A DNA stretch of 64,000 nucleotides, from contig JAHLLQ010000003.1 of assembly GCA_020444065.1 (NCBI GenBank), positions 132,979 through 196,978 on the forward strand, written 5' to 3'. The DNA is from a bacterium. Lineage in GTDB: Bacteria > Sumerlaeota > Sumerlaeia > SLMS01 > JAHLLQ01. Shown piece by piece: positions 30,909 to 40,081 of this stretch. A program made the position numbers and the translations under genes. Position 1 is the first letter of the stretch; each line of letters opens with the position of its first letter. The notes under the pieces were generated by a model, which was given only the letters and a program-made list of their open reading frames with translations, had not been told where the DNA came from and ran no database searches.

Positions 30909-31820
30909 ATGGTCTTCCTTCTCCTCGCCATTGTCTGCACCTCGTCGATCGCGCTGATCTTCAAGCATAGCGAAACGTCGAACATGAACCGCTACGCGCT
31001 GACTGCGACGAACTACGCGACGGCGGTTCTGGTGTGTGCAGCGATTCTGCTGCTGAAGGGACTTAACACCGGCCCGCTGGATGTCTCAGGAGCCTTCGCA
31101 GAAATTCGTAGTGCCATCTCGTCGGGAGAGACGCTCTCTCGCTCCGGCAGCTTCGTTTGGGCAACAACCGCGGGACTGTGTGCGGGCCTCGTGTTTTTTC
31201 TGGCGCTTGTGTACTATCAGATCAGCGTCCGTCACCACGGCGCGGGACTGGCCGGCTCGTTCATCAAGCTCGGCACCTTCGTTCCCATGATACTCTCGCT
31301 GCTGTTCTGGCGCGAGAATCCATCAACTCTGCAATGGCTCGGCATCGCGCTGGCGCTGGGATCGATTCTGCTCGTCAACTGGCCAGGACGCGACGGCGGA
31401 TGGCGCCGCGCACTGAAGCCCGCGCTGCTGCTACTGTTTCTCTTTGGCGGCGCGGCGGAATTCTCGAACAAGGTTTTCCAGAAGTACGGTCTCCAGGATC
31501 ACAAGGCCGTCTTTCTCGGCTGCACGTTCTTTGTTGCGTTCCTGTTTGCGCTGGGTGTTACGCTTGTCCGCCGCAAGCCGGTGCAGCGGCGCGATGTGCT
31601 GACCGGCATTGCGGTGGGAATTCCAAACCTCTTCTCGTCCTTCTTCCTGATCATCGCGCTGGACACAATCCCCGCGGCCGTTGCGTTTCCCGCCTTCGGC
31701 GCAGGCAGCATCGTGATCATCGCCCTCGTCGGCACAGCGTTCTTTGGCGAACGCCTCAAAGCCCGCGAACTTGCCGCGATCGCCCTGACCATCCTCGCGC
31801 TGGTTGTGATTAACCTCTAG
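30909..31820 (+). CDS. DMT/EamA-family transporter
   Basis: About 10 TM segments, two-repeat DMT pattern, FFGERL. Confidence 0.8.
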   Translation: MVFLLLAIVCTSSIALIFKHSETSNMNRYALTATNYATAVLVCAAILLLKGLNTGPLDVSGAFAEIRSAISSGETLSRSGSFVWATTAGLCAGLVFFLALVYYQISVRHHGAGLAGSFIKLGTFVPMILSLLFWRENPSTLQWLGIALALGSILLVNWPGRDGGWRRALKPALLLLFLFGGAAEFSNKVFQKYGLQDHKAVFLGCTFFVAFLFALGVTLVRRKPVQRRDVLTGIAVGIPNLFSSFFLIIALDTIPAAVAFPAFGAGSIVIIALVGTAFFGERLKARELAAIALTILALVVINL

Positions 31821-31834
31821 GGTTACCCGCTACA

Positions 31835-31861
31835 GAGGTGACTCGGGCATCTCTGCCCGAG
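31835..31861 (+). repeat. Single GAGGTGA REP
   Basis: GAGGTGA-CTCGGGCA-TCTC-TGCCCGAG between convergent genes. Confidence 0.75.
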
Positions 31862-31903
31862 CACCACACGCGTTAGCCATTCAGCCATACGTTCCAGTCG
31901 CCA

Positions 31904-32926
31904 TCACGCGCCCCCGTACGATCGCCCAACAGCCTCCGCCACCGGGCGAATGCGCTCGACGAGTTCCAGGAACGCGTTCGGCTTCAGCGACTGTTGCCCG
32001 TCGCTCAGCGCCTCCGCGGGCTTCGGGTGAATTTCCACCATCAGCCCGTCCGCGCCGCATGCAACAGCCGCCAATGCCATCGGCAATACCATGTGAACTT
32101 CGCCGGTGCCATGCGAGGGATCGACGATTACCGGCAGGTGTGTCTCGCGCTTCAGCACCGGCACGGCATTCAGGTCCAGCGTGTTGCGGTATGCCGTTTC
32201 GAACGTGCGAATGCCACGCTCGCACAACATCACGTTGTAGTTCCCCTGGTCGAGCAAGTACTCTGCCGCCTGCAGGTACTCCTTCAGCGTCGTCGACATG
32301 CCGCGCTTGAAGAGCACCGGCTTCTTCGTTTCGCCCACCGCGGACAGCAACGCGAAGTTCTGGCAGTTGCGCGCGCCGATTTGCAGTACATCGGCATACT
32401 CCACCAGCAGCGGGATGTCCGTCACGCTGACGACTTCCGTCACGATCCGCAGACCGGTGCGCTCGCGCGCCTCGGCCAGAAGCTCGAGCCCTTCCTCGCG
32501 GAGCCCCTGGAACGCATAGGGACTGGTGCGCGGTTTGAACGCGCCGCCGCGCAGGAACTGAGCCCCACCGGCCTTCACCGCATCGGCGGACTCCAGAATC
32601 TGCTCGCGGCTCTCGACGCTGCACGGCCCCGCCATCATAACCAGATCGCGCCCGCCGACCTCGACGCCGGCGATATCGAACACCGTCGCCTCGCGCTTGA
32701 ACTCGCGCGAGACCAGTTTGTAGGGCTTCAGAATTGGAATCACCGACTCCACGCACTCGAGCATCTCGAGCGCCTGAAGCGGAGTCTTGTCCTCGTGCCC
32801 GACGGCGCCGATCACCGTCCGTTCCACGCCGACGATTGGGTGCGGGCGATAGCCGAGATCCGTCACCCGATTCTCCACCATCTGAATGTCCTCCTCGCTG
32901 GTTCCGGCCTTTAGTACGATAATCAT
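31904..32926 (-). CDS. aroF: DAHP synthase (type I-beta with N-terminal regulatory domain)
   Basis: [43 protein letters not shown]. Confidence 0.95.
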   Translation of the reverse strand: MIIVLKAGTSEEDIQMVENRVTDLGYRPHPIVGVERTVIGAVGHEDKTPLQALEMLECVESVIPILKPYKLVSREFKREATVFDIAGVEVGGRDLVMMAGPCSVESREQILESADAVKAGGAQFLRGGAFKPRTSPYAFQGLREEGLELLAEARERTGLRIVTEVVSVTDIPLLVEYADVLQIGARNCQNFALLSAVGETKKPVLFKRGMSTTLKEYLQAAEYLLDQGNYNVMLCERGIRTFETAYRNTLDLNAVPVLKRETHLPVIVDPSHGTGEVHMVLPMALAAVACGADGLMVEIHPKPAEALSDGQQSLKPNAFLELVERIRPVAEAVGRSYGGA

Positions 32927-32959
32927 GATGCGCTCCTGGTTTTCTTGACGGTTTCCCGC

Positions 32960-33003
32960 AAAATGAACGGCCCCGGACGTTGAACGCCGGGGCCGGGTTT
33001 TTT
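32960..33003 (-). terminator. Attenuator terminator in the aroF leader
   Basis: Hairpin 32968-32995 followed on the minus strand by TTCATTTT, about 35 bp before the aroF start. Confidence 0.7.
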
Positions 33004-33021
33004 CTGTCTGCGAAGCAGAGC

Positions 33022-33141
33022 CTAACCGCGTCCGGCGTTTCCTCTCGGAAACCGAAACCAAAACCCGTAATAAAAGCCGAACGCCGCGCTCGAACCCGAG
33101 CCCGCGTCCAACGAATCTTGATTCCATCCAGCCGGTAGCAT
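33022..33141 (-). CDS. aroF leader peptide (39 aa, Phe/Tyr/Trp-rich)
   Basis: MLPAGWNQDSLDAGSGSSAAFGFYYGFWFRFPRGNAGRG*; GAGGG RBS; TTGACA at 33205-33210. Confidence 0.75.
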   Translation of the reverse strand: MLPAGWNQDSLDAGSGSSAAFGFYYGFWFRFPRGNAGRG

Positions 33142-33395
33142 AATCTCTGCCCTCTTCGGAAGTCTCCGAAGCTCGACCCAAATCGAACGCCCTCCCCGCC
33201 CCGATGTCAAGCCACGCGATGCGGAGGAAGAGTCATAGCAGGGGGGGGAGCGGCAGTACCTATAGCAGCAGTGTGGGACACAAGGGCGCCGGGATGCGGA
33301 GGCAGCGGGGGAAAATGCCTTGCGTACAGGCCCTCAAGAAAGAGAGCGATGCGTGCAGTGCAAAGACCATCTGAACAGAAGCTAGCTCAGGGAAT

Positions 33396-34244
33396 ATGAC
33401 GACCACACTCTATACGTGCCTGGTAGAAGAGCAGAATGCCACAGAGGCATTTGTTCAGGTCTATTGGGCCCGCGCGCCTCACCTTGGCGCAGCAATCGAG
33501 ATGATGCTGGCTTCGGCAAAGGCCAACGGTCTTCTGTCGCCGATCGCGCAAGAGTGCGATCCTTACGACATCGACAATCTTGGCTGCGAAGTAGCGCCCA
33601 GTAAGGACGCAGATGTCTTCTGGTCATTGAGCAGATTCTCCTTCCCACACGAATCGTCATTTGAACTCCCCACGGGCATCATCGCCTCATGTACCGAAGG
33701 GGAGAGCGCTATTGATGATCTTACGCCTTGTTTCTCCATTGAGAGAGACGCGAAAGGTCTGATTGCAATAGAAGCGAATGTCGAGCAATCACGTCTAGCC
33801 TCAGACTACTCCGTAATGCTTCGACTGTTTCCAAAATACGAGGTCTTCTGGTACGTTCTTCATGATCACTGGGAGAATCAGGAAGAAGACAAATTCCTCG
33901 TGAACGAAGAATTGAATGCGCCCGAACGCATTCTTGCGCACATCGATGAAAACAAGGCGGACTCAATCCTGAATGGATTCGTTACTTTGACCGCCTATCT
34001 CAAAGATGGTGCAACAAACCTGACGTTATCCGACCATAAACGCATCATGGTGACGACGTACTCGCCGGAAGTTGCAGAGCAATGCCTGACGTTCCTAAAG
34101 GGGGCCGGATACCCGCATGTTGAGTCCCCTGCGAGGATTGACCGGGGGATCTACCACTGGCACTACCGCCTTTCGGCAAGCAGGTCGAAGAGAGAACTGG
34201 AGGAAATGCTGAAAGAGTCGGGATTCTCTGATTGGAAACCGTAA
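33396..34244 (+). CDS. Hypothetical protein (AT-richer)
   Basis: 282-aa ORF, globular composition, no recognised motif. Confidence 0.7.
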   Translation: MTTTLYTCLVEEQNATEAFVQVYWARAPHLGAAIEMMLASAKANGLLSPIAQECDPYDIDNLGCEVAPSKDADVFWSLSRFSFPHESSFELPTGIIASCTEGESAIDDLTPCFSIERDAKGLIAIEANVEQSRLASDYSVMLRLFPKYEVFWYVLHDHWENQEEDKFLVNEELNAPERILAHIDENKADSILNGFVTLTAYLKDGATNLTLSDHKRIMVTTYSPEVAEQCLTFLKGAGYPHVESPARIDRGIYHWHYRLSASRSKRELEEMLKESGFSDWKP

Positions 34245-34575
34245 GAGGCAAGCTGACCAACCGACCGAGAGCCCCTGTGTGCAGTCCGCGAAACCCTTAG
34301 TTGGACGGCTGGGCTGGCGATCGGGATGTGATTTGATGTCCTTCGGACTGCACATCTACGAGTCGCTCGCACCCGGCGGCCGGCTCGACAGCATCATCCT
34401 CGCTCGAGCAGCGGACTTGACCAGGTTCTTCTGTCGCCGGTGCCACTCCCTGACCCCGCGCTACTTTGCGATGACGTCAGATAAGCGTGACGTGGATGTG
34501 ACGCCAGGGAGTTGCATAAAATAGACTTTTCTCAATCAAGCATGACCCCCCATCCTGCGCCCTTCCCCTTCATCC

Positions 34576-37500
34576 CTACTGAAAGACCCACGCATTCCCT
34601 GGCTTCACAGATAGCAGTTTCACCTGGTCCACCCAACCCGCGTCCGAGCCTTGCGACACAGACGAGTCCTTCTTGTACGACCACACGACCTGGTGATCTC
34701 CGGCATCGATCGGGAGACTGTACAGCGCCCAGTTCGTCTCGCCGGTGATGCGAGTTACCTCGCTTCCGTCCAGATACAAAGCGAGGTAATCCGACGTGGG
34801 CTGACACGAGACCTTCCACTGAAACTCCAGCGTGTCGGGCCCCGTAATCGTCGTGAAGAATGCCGACGTCTGGCTGTGCGTGATGGGATAACTCTGCGCC
34901 GCGTCCGCACCGTCGTAGCTCACATCATACTCACCATACCACGGATTGCTGGAGATGACTTGGAAATCCAAGCGGTAGCAATCCAACGCATCCGCCAGCG
35001 AGACGACCGGCGTCGCTGTCGGAACCGGTGTGGGTGTCGGAACCGGGCCGGGCGTGAACACGATCTGGTCCAACCATCCTGCATCGTCATAGTCGCTGAA
35101 CATGCTGTTCTTCCCATAGGACCACTTCACTTCGTGCTGCCCCGGTTGGATGTTGGCGGACCCTTCGTGCCAGTCCACCACTCCGGAAATCTGATCCTGC
35201 AGCACATCGTCGACCAGGAAGGACAACCAATCTCCTCCCGCCTGACTCGACACGCTCCACTGGTATGTCAGCGTCCCGGGCCCATCGAGAATCGTTGAGA
35301 CGAAGCTCGTCTGCCCATCGTAAACGTCACCAGATTGCGCCGCGTCCTCACCGTCCTGGGTGATCAATGTTTGCCCATACCAGGGATTGGAACCACCCGA
35401 AGTCCAAGCCAATCCTGTCGTGTCCAGGACCTCGCCAAGTGACGGGTCCGGATCCACCGAAACGCGATCCACCCATCCCGCGTCCTCCCCGGCGGATCCC
35501 GATGCGTCCTTCCAGTAGTACCATCCCACGTCGTGCTGCCCCTCTACGAGATGGTAGTACCGCCTCTCCCAATCTACGTCTCCACTGATATGGAAACGGC
35601 CATACCCGTCTGCGAGGAACTCCAGTTCATCCTTATTCTCTTCCGATGAAACCTTCCAGTTAAACGAGACCATCGCCGGGCCGTGGATGCGACCCTGCAG
35701 GTATGAAAGACCATTATGCCCAATCGAGCCTGTCCGGGCAGAATCAAAACCGAATGCCGACGTATCCGTGATCCCCGTCCAGCCGATCGTGTCCGGCGTC
35801 TCCCACGAAACCGCCTGACAATCCAATGCCTCGTCCAGGTCAATCCCCGACGGCGTGAACTGAACATTGTCCACCCACGCCTGGTCTGTCCCCGAGAAGT
35901 AGAGCAGGTATCTCCACGTCACCTTGTGGAGACCGCTTGGAATCGCCAGCGCCTTGTCCACCCAGTCCGCCGTGTTGTCCGCGTAATCCTTGAAATCATC
36001 GTCCAGCAGGAGAGTCAGATCTCCGGCATTCCCGACTGTGGATTCCTTCCATCTGTAGGTCAGCGTTCCCGGTCCGTAGATCCATGTTTCGAGCAAGGCC
36101 GGCATGTCCACTCCAGAAGGAGTGGGAGCTTCCGCCGCATCGCCATCCACAGCGGAAATCCCCGTCTGACTCGTCCAGGCTCCTCCCTCGCCAGATGTTG
36201 TCCACGGCAGGAACGTGTTCTCCACCGCGTCCCCAAGGTCGTTCATCTGATACGTCACCTTGTCGACCCATCCCGCGTCCGCACCGGCCGTGCCTGAAGC
36301 ATCCTTTACATAATCCCACCGGCACGTATGGGTGCCCGAAGGAATCGTGATGGTCCGCTGCTGCCAGTCCGTCTCGCCGCTGATCGAAATGGGGAGGAGG
36401 ATGTCCATCCGGAAGCGGAGTTCGTCACTGGCATCGCAGGACGATTTCCACAGGAACGTCATCGTTCCTGGCCCCGTCACGGTGCAGGACATGCGCGACA
36501 TCTGAGAATCCGCCGTCGCGCCGCAACGGGCCGCGCTCCCACCATAGAACGAATCCTGACTCTGTCCGTACCACACGGGCGAAGTATCACTCGTCCACTC
36601 CAGCGCGGGGCAATCCAGCGCCTCGCCCAGCGACACCAACCCCAACTCCACGTGATCCACCCAGCCCCGGTCTTGCCCCGACGACACGGACGCGTTCTTC
36701 CGGTACTTCCATGTCAGCGTGTGCCCATTCTCGCCAAAAAGGAAACTGCGGCCTTCCCAATCCTGCTCGCCGCTGATCGCCTCCTGCTCCACACCATCGA
36801 TTTCAAAAGCCAGGAAATCTCCACCCTCTTCGGATGAAACCTTCCAGGCAAACTGCACGCTTCCCGGGCCGTCGACAATCGTGCTGAAAGACGTCGTTTC
36901 ACCATCGGCGATGGGAGCACTTCGCGCCGCATCGTTCCCGTAGTCGGCCGCCATCACAACACCCACCCATGGCGCCGCCGTCGTGTATTTCCACGTGACA
37001 TCGGTCTTATCCACCGCCTCGCCGATACTCAGCAGTCCCTCCGACGTGATAGCGTACGTCGCCTGGAACGTCGACGGGAGTGTAAATACTCGCGTGATTC
37101 GGTAGATATTCAGGAGCCCAACACCCGAAACCGATCCGGAATACGCCCGACTGTTCGGTGTCGAGAGCGAAGAGAAATAGCGCGACGAAGTGTAGTAGTC
37201 GTCTTCGTCGACACCACCGCCGGCCACGATCTCTTCCAACCCATCCGCTTCCATCAGTCGGATCAGCTTGCGGGATGTGTAGCTGTTATCGAACAGGAAA
37301 CCGTCGCCCGTCCCATTCAACTCGGCGTCAAGATGCCAGACCACGAGACCATCGTTGGGATACGTGAAGTCGTTCGTATCCTCCGTCCGCCGCGACCGGT
37401 TCTGGATCAGAAAATACTCCGTAAACGGACTGGCACCTGACGCCCCGGGCATGATCATGATGGCATCGGGATACTCCGACGAGGGACGCAACGATTTCGA

Positions 37501-38538
37501 AATTATGCTCTCCGAAGTCGAAATGACCGTCGGCGTCAGCCAGCCCAACATCCATTTGCTGAACGCGTTGTGGTCCCCCCAGTTCGCGTCCATCATATCC
37601 AGACCGCCGACACCCCCCACCGGTCCGACACTCTCATCGTAGTCGTAGAGATCCGGCAGCCCCAGAGCGTGTCCTGTTTCATGGATCACCACCTCCGCCT
37701 GGAACTCCGACCCCAGCGGACGCCCTTCCCATTGCCAGGAGAAAACGCCGAGCTTCTTCCCATCCACCGTGAACGAATCGCCGGCGAATTCCGAAGCGCT
37801 CATATCGCACCAGGCCCACCAAAGGTTCCCCCACCCGTCGTCGGGCCCGGTCCAGCAGACCATGAAGTAATCGATCGTCCCGTTTCCGTCGTTGTCGTAG
37901 ACGGAGAAGTCGTGCGTTGGGTCCCAGTGCTGCAGGGCCTCCTTGATCAGGACCCCGGGGCCGTACCAGGTGCGGGGGTGAGCCGCCTGGTACCAGGGAA
38001 GCACATCCCCCTGGATATTCAGCGCACCGTACGACGATCGCTTGTAATATTCCGTCAGACTCTCGAGGGGTTTCTCGTCCGCCTCGCCGGTCCCGAAGAG
38101 TTTGTGCTCGATCACCGAAACATCGTTATGCGCGGGGTACTCGGGGAACTCGATGGGGAGAACGAAAATGCGAGGCGATCCGCTGGCGGGCAGCCCGGTG
38201 GGATAGGGAAGTTGACTGCGCGGCACTTCCTCCCCCCGGGCGGCAGCCTGAAGGACCTCGGCATGACGACGCGCCAGGGCTGGATCGACAAGATGGTTCC
38301 CGAGCGATCGGGCGAACTCCATGCGCACTGCCAGGCTCCCATCCGCAGCATAGCCCTGCAATTCTCCCGGATCCGGGGGCTCCATGGCGGCAAGGTGCCC
38401 TGCGGCCACAAACAGCAAAACAACCAGGAAGGGCCGCGCGATCTGCCAGACGCCGCGGCTCCCAAACCACGCGTTATTTTCAATCTGAGGTGTCGCGGGG
38501 TAGTTCGCAGAATGATGCCTTGCCGTAAGGGACGGCAT
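34576..38538 (-). CDS. M6 (immune inhibitor A-type) metalloprotease with six C-terminal ~130-aa repeats
   Basis: HETGHALGLPDLYD, GGLDMM, EYFLIQNR, GLVVWH; repeats L.EALD...W...GPG...WKVSS; start uncertain. Confidence 0.88.
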   Translation of the reverse strand: MPSLTARHHSANYPATPQIENNAWFGSRGVWQIARPFLVVLLFVAAGHLAAMEPPDPGELQGYAADGSLAVRMEFARSLGNHLVDPALARRHAEVLQAAARGEEVPRSQLPYPTGLPASGSPRIFVLPIEFPEYPAHNDVSVIEHKLFGTGEADEKPLESLTEYYKRSSYGALNIQGDVLPWYQAAHPRTWYGPGVLIKEALQHWDPTHDFSVYDNDGNGTIDYFMVCWTGPDDGWGNLWWAWCDMSASEFAGDSFTVDGKKLGVFSWQWEGRPLGSEFQAEVVIHETGHALGLPDLYDYDESVGPVGGVGGLDMMDANWGDHNAFSKWMLGWLTPTVISTSESIISKSLRPSSEYPDAIMIMPGASGASPFTEYFLIQNRSRRTEDTNDFTYPNDGLVVWHLDAELNGTGDGFLFDNSYTSRKLIRLMEADGLEEIVAGGGVDEDDYYTSSRYFSSLSTPNSRAYSGSVSGVGLLNIYRITRVFTLPSTFQATYAITSEGLLSIGEAVDKTDVTWKYTTAAPWVGVVMAADYGNDAARSAPIADGETTSFSTIVDGPGSVQFAWKVSSEEGGDFLAFEIDGVEQEAISGEQDWEGRSFLFGENGHTLTWKYRKNASVSSGQDRGWVDHVELGLVSLGEALDCPALEWTSDTSPVWYGQSQDSFYGGSAARCGATADSQMSRMSCTVTGPGTMTFLWKSSCDASDELRFRMDILLPISISGETDWQQRTITIPSGTHTCRWDYVKDASGTAGADAGWVDKVTYQMNDLGDAVENTFLPWTTSGEGGAWTSQTGISAVDGDAAEAPTPSGVDMPALLETWIYGPGTLTYRWKESTVGNAGDLTLLLDDDFKDYADNTADWVDKALAIPSGLHKVTWRYLLYFSGTDQAWVDNVQFTPSGIDLDEALDCQAVSWETPDTIGWTGITDTSAFGFDSARTGSIGHNGLSYLQGRIHGPAMVSFNWKVSSEENKDELEFLADGYGRFHISGDVDWERRYYHLVEGQHDVGWYYWKDASGSAGEDAGWVDRVSVDPDPSLGEVLDTTGLAWTSGGSNPWYGQTLITQDGEDAAQSGDVYDGQTSFVSTILDGPGTLTYQWSVSSQAGGDWLSFLVDDVLQDQISGVVDWHEGSANIQPGQHEVKWSYGKNSMFSDYDDAGWLDQIVFTPGPVPTPTPVPTATPVVSLADALDCYRLDFQVISSNPWYGEYDVSYDGADAAQSYPITHSQTSAFFTTITGPDTLEFQWKVSCQPTSDYLALYLDGSEVTRITGETNWALYSLPIDAGDHQVVWSYKKDSSVSQGSDAGWVDQVKLLSVKPGNAWVFQ

Positions 38539-38833
38539 ACTGATCTCCCTCTGGAGGGACGTGTGATCTCGAAAGCGGGTCACGTCTTGGGGTGGATACT
38601 AGACGGCCGTTGGGGCGCCGTCAAAGCCAGAGGAAGGCTGGGGCGCATCCTGAAGCTGTTGAACGGCAACGCACCGGTCAAAGCCCCCCAAAGAACTCAC
38701 TTCGCGCGTGGAGCAGAGTCCGGTGAGAGCATGATTTCAGAGAAGCGTGACACATATGTGACGCAAGAAGCCCCTCGGCTCGAAGGCCAAGGGGCGGTGC
38801 ATTCTATAAGTGCTTGTCTTTGAATGATTGATA

Positions 38834-38909
38834 TGGTGGAGCTGAGGGGAGTCGAACCCCTGACCTCTGCATTGCGAACGCAGCGCTCTACCAACTGAGC
38901 TACAGCCCC
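38834..38909 (-). tRNA. tRNA-Ala (CGC)
   Basis: GGGGCTGTAGCTCAGTTGGTAGAGCG-CTGCG-TTCGCAA-TGCAG-AGGTCAGGGGTTCGACTCCCCTCAGCTCCACCA, 76 nt. Confidence 0.97.
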
Positions 38910-39105
38910 ACACGCGCGGCAAAGGGTGGAGAGAACCCCGCCCCCTGTCAAGGCTATTCCGCCGGTTCTCAAGGGCCCATCGGGCCGCCCTATCTCGCCC
39001 TGGACCGATCGGCCAGCGAGTGGATTCGCGGGCCGGCGCCGCCATCGCGCGCGACGAAACTACCCCTTGCCAATCGGCCGGGGGCGGGCGCATGAAGAGG
39101 GCAAC

Positions 39106-39232
39106 ATAGGTTGCTGGTGCTCCTCGCGATCCGCGCGGGGGGCGGCAAGGGGAAGTCCGGTGAGAGTCCGGCGCAGGCCCGCTACGGTAATCGCGTCCGC
39201 AAGGAGCGCGAAAGCCCGATACCGCCAGTCAT
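39106..39232 (+). promoter_or_regulatory. Cobalamin riboswitch
   Basis: GGTGC...AAGGGGAAGTCCGGTGAGAGTCCGGCGCAGGCCCGCTACGGTAA...AAGCCCGATACCGCC; upstream of B12 transport and adenosylation genes. Confidence 0.88.
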
Positions 39233-39394
39233 CCGACGACGAAGTGCCCTACCCTCTCGAGGTCCGGAGCGGCAGGGGACGAGCCGGATTAGATTTTGCG
39301 CGCCCGTCCTCGGTCAGTCCGCCCGAGGGACGGGCGTTTCGTATTCCGTCCACGAGGAATTCCGAAGGCGAATTCCGCGGGAAAGCGCAAACTC

Positions 39395-40081
39395 ATGTTG
39401 TTCTCCGGCTCTCATTCGAGCGAAAAAGACCACAGTCCCCGAAGGGAACGGGCAGGCCGCGGTTTCACGTTGGTGGAACTGCTGATCGTTGTGGCGATTC
39501 TGGCCATTCTGGCGGCGATCGCCGTGCCGAATCTGCGCGAGGCAACCCGCCGCGCGCGGACGGCCGAGTGCGCCTCGAATCTGAAGACGATCGCGACGGC
39601 CCTGACGCTGTACCGCACGGATTGGAATCATCTGCCGCTGTCCGATGGCGTGGCGGGACTGGGCGATTCGCGCGGCCGCACGCAGTTCGGCAATGGGCCG
39701 GCGGCGAACGGCTACTGGAACGGCGTGCCGAATGTGCTGGTGGATGCCGGCTACATCGGCAAGCGCAAGACGCTGTTTTGCCCATCGCTGGCGCGCGAGT
39801 ATCGCAACCGGGCAGAGAATCTGCGCTACGCCTACAACACGGGCGCGGCAGATTCGAACGGGTTCATCGGCAGCGACGGAACGCCGGTCGACGGCGTGGG
39901 CGCGGGCGGGCGCACGTGGCTTTGCCGCTGCGTGCATTTGAACTCGCACGACTGGGCGCCGGACCGCTACATCCCGTTCCCCCATGGGCCGACCGCGAGC
40001 CCTGCAGACAATGAGTGGGGCAGCGAAAACGTGCTCTGGAGCGACTTCTCCGTCACCCTGGAGCCCGGGAGTTCGCCATGA
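39395..40081 (+). CDS. Prepilin-type N-terminal cleavage/methylation domain protein
   Basis: RG|FTLVELLIVVAILAILAAIAVP; CASNLKTI; C-terminal PHG...NVLWSD. Confidence 0.9.
   Translation: MLFSGSHSSEKDHSPRRERAGRGFTLVELLIVVAILAILAAIAVPNLREATRRARTAECASNLKTIATALTLYRTDWNHLPLSDGVAGLGDSRGRTQFGNGPAANGYWNGVPNVLVDAGYIGKRKTLFCPSLAREYRNRAENLRYAYNTGAADSNGFIGSDGTPVDGVGAGGRTWLCRCVHLNSHDWAPDRYIPFPHGPTASPADNEWGSENVLWSDFSVTLEPGSSP

Noticed and set aside
33200..33400. att duplicate of the tRNA-Ala 3' end
   Set aside because: No copy of TGGTGGAGCTGAGGGG found here or noticed elsewhere in the window
34254..34306. Possible attC after the orphan 33396-34244 (GACCAAC...GTTGGAC)
   Set aside because: Inverse core imperfect and no complementary L boxes
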